Program-made: the position numbers and the translations under genes | The notes under the pieces: generated by a model | Database searches by the model: none | What the model was told of the DNA's origin: nothing | What the model saw: only the letters and a program-made list of their open reading frames with translations | Part shown: positions 64,000 to 64,000 of the stretch, one piece after another | Layout: each line of letters opens with the position of its first letter | How positions within the stretch are numbered: position 1 is the first letter of the stretch | Source of the DNA: a virus | Virus record (IMG/VR): IMGVR_UViG_2529292698_000003 | DNA: 64,000 bases | Reading direction: 5' to 3' (one strand)

Positions 64000-64000
64000 A

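Noticed and set aside
1-64000. CRISPR array, tRNA or rRNA genes
   Set aside because: No regularly spaced repeats, no T-loop/anticodon-arm pattern and no intergenic gap long enough apart from those described
1-64000. Stop-codon reassignment as in some large phages
   Set aside because: Long conserved genes are uninterrupted under code 11 and TAA, TAG and TGA all end genes

Overview
A 64-kb segment of a large, strongly AT-rich (about 30% GC by eye, not computed) T4-like myovirus genome. Every supported gene is on the minus strand; standard genetic code; no tRNA, CRISPR array or transposon seen. In transcription order (right to left): putative internal head proteins, FAD oxidoreductase and nucleotide kinase, a spanin-like pair, terminase, portal, prohead protease, scaffold, major capsid, PhoH, neck/tail-completion genes, fibre-like proteins, two tail sheath genes, tail tube, tail chaperone with a probable frameshift, tape measure, baseplate genes with a CHAP lysin domain, a small divergent family A DNA polymerase, SSB, UvsX, 5'-3' exonuclease, DnaB-type helicase, class Ia RNR, a lysis region whose holin-like gene is coupled to a complete PAS histidine kinase/receiver pair, and a 7-deazaguanine cluster (TGT/DpdA-like, queC, queD, queE, folE) followed by a purine PRTase and a MazG-like pyrophosphatase. 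Two promoter classes recur: (T/C)TTG(G/A)NN-N17-TATATT (8 copies) and ATATTTATAA-type (18 close copies). Promoter spacing, absence of obvious SD sites and a Gln-rule signal peptide suggest a Bacteroidota host (inference). All functional calls rest on motifs read by eye; no searches were run.
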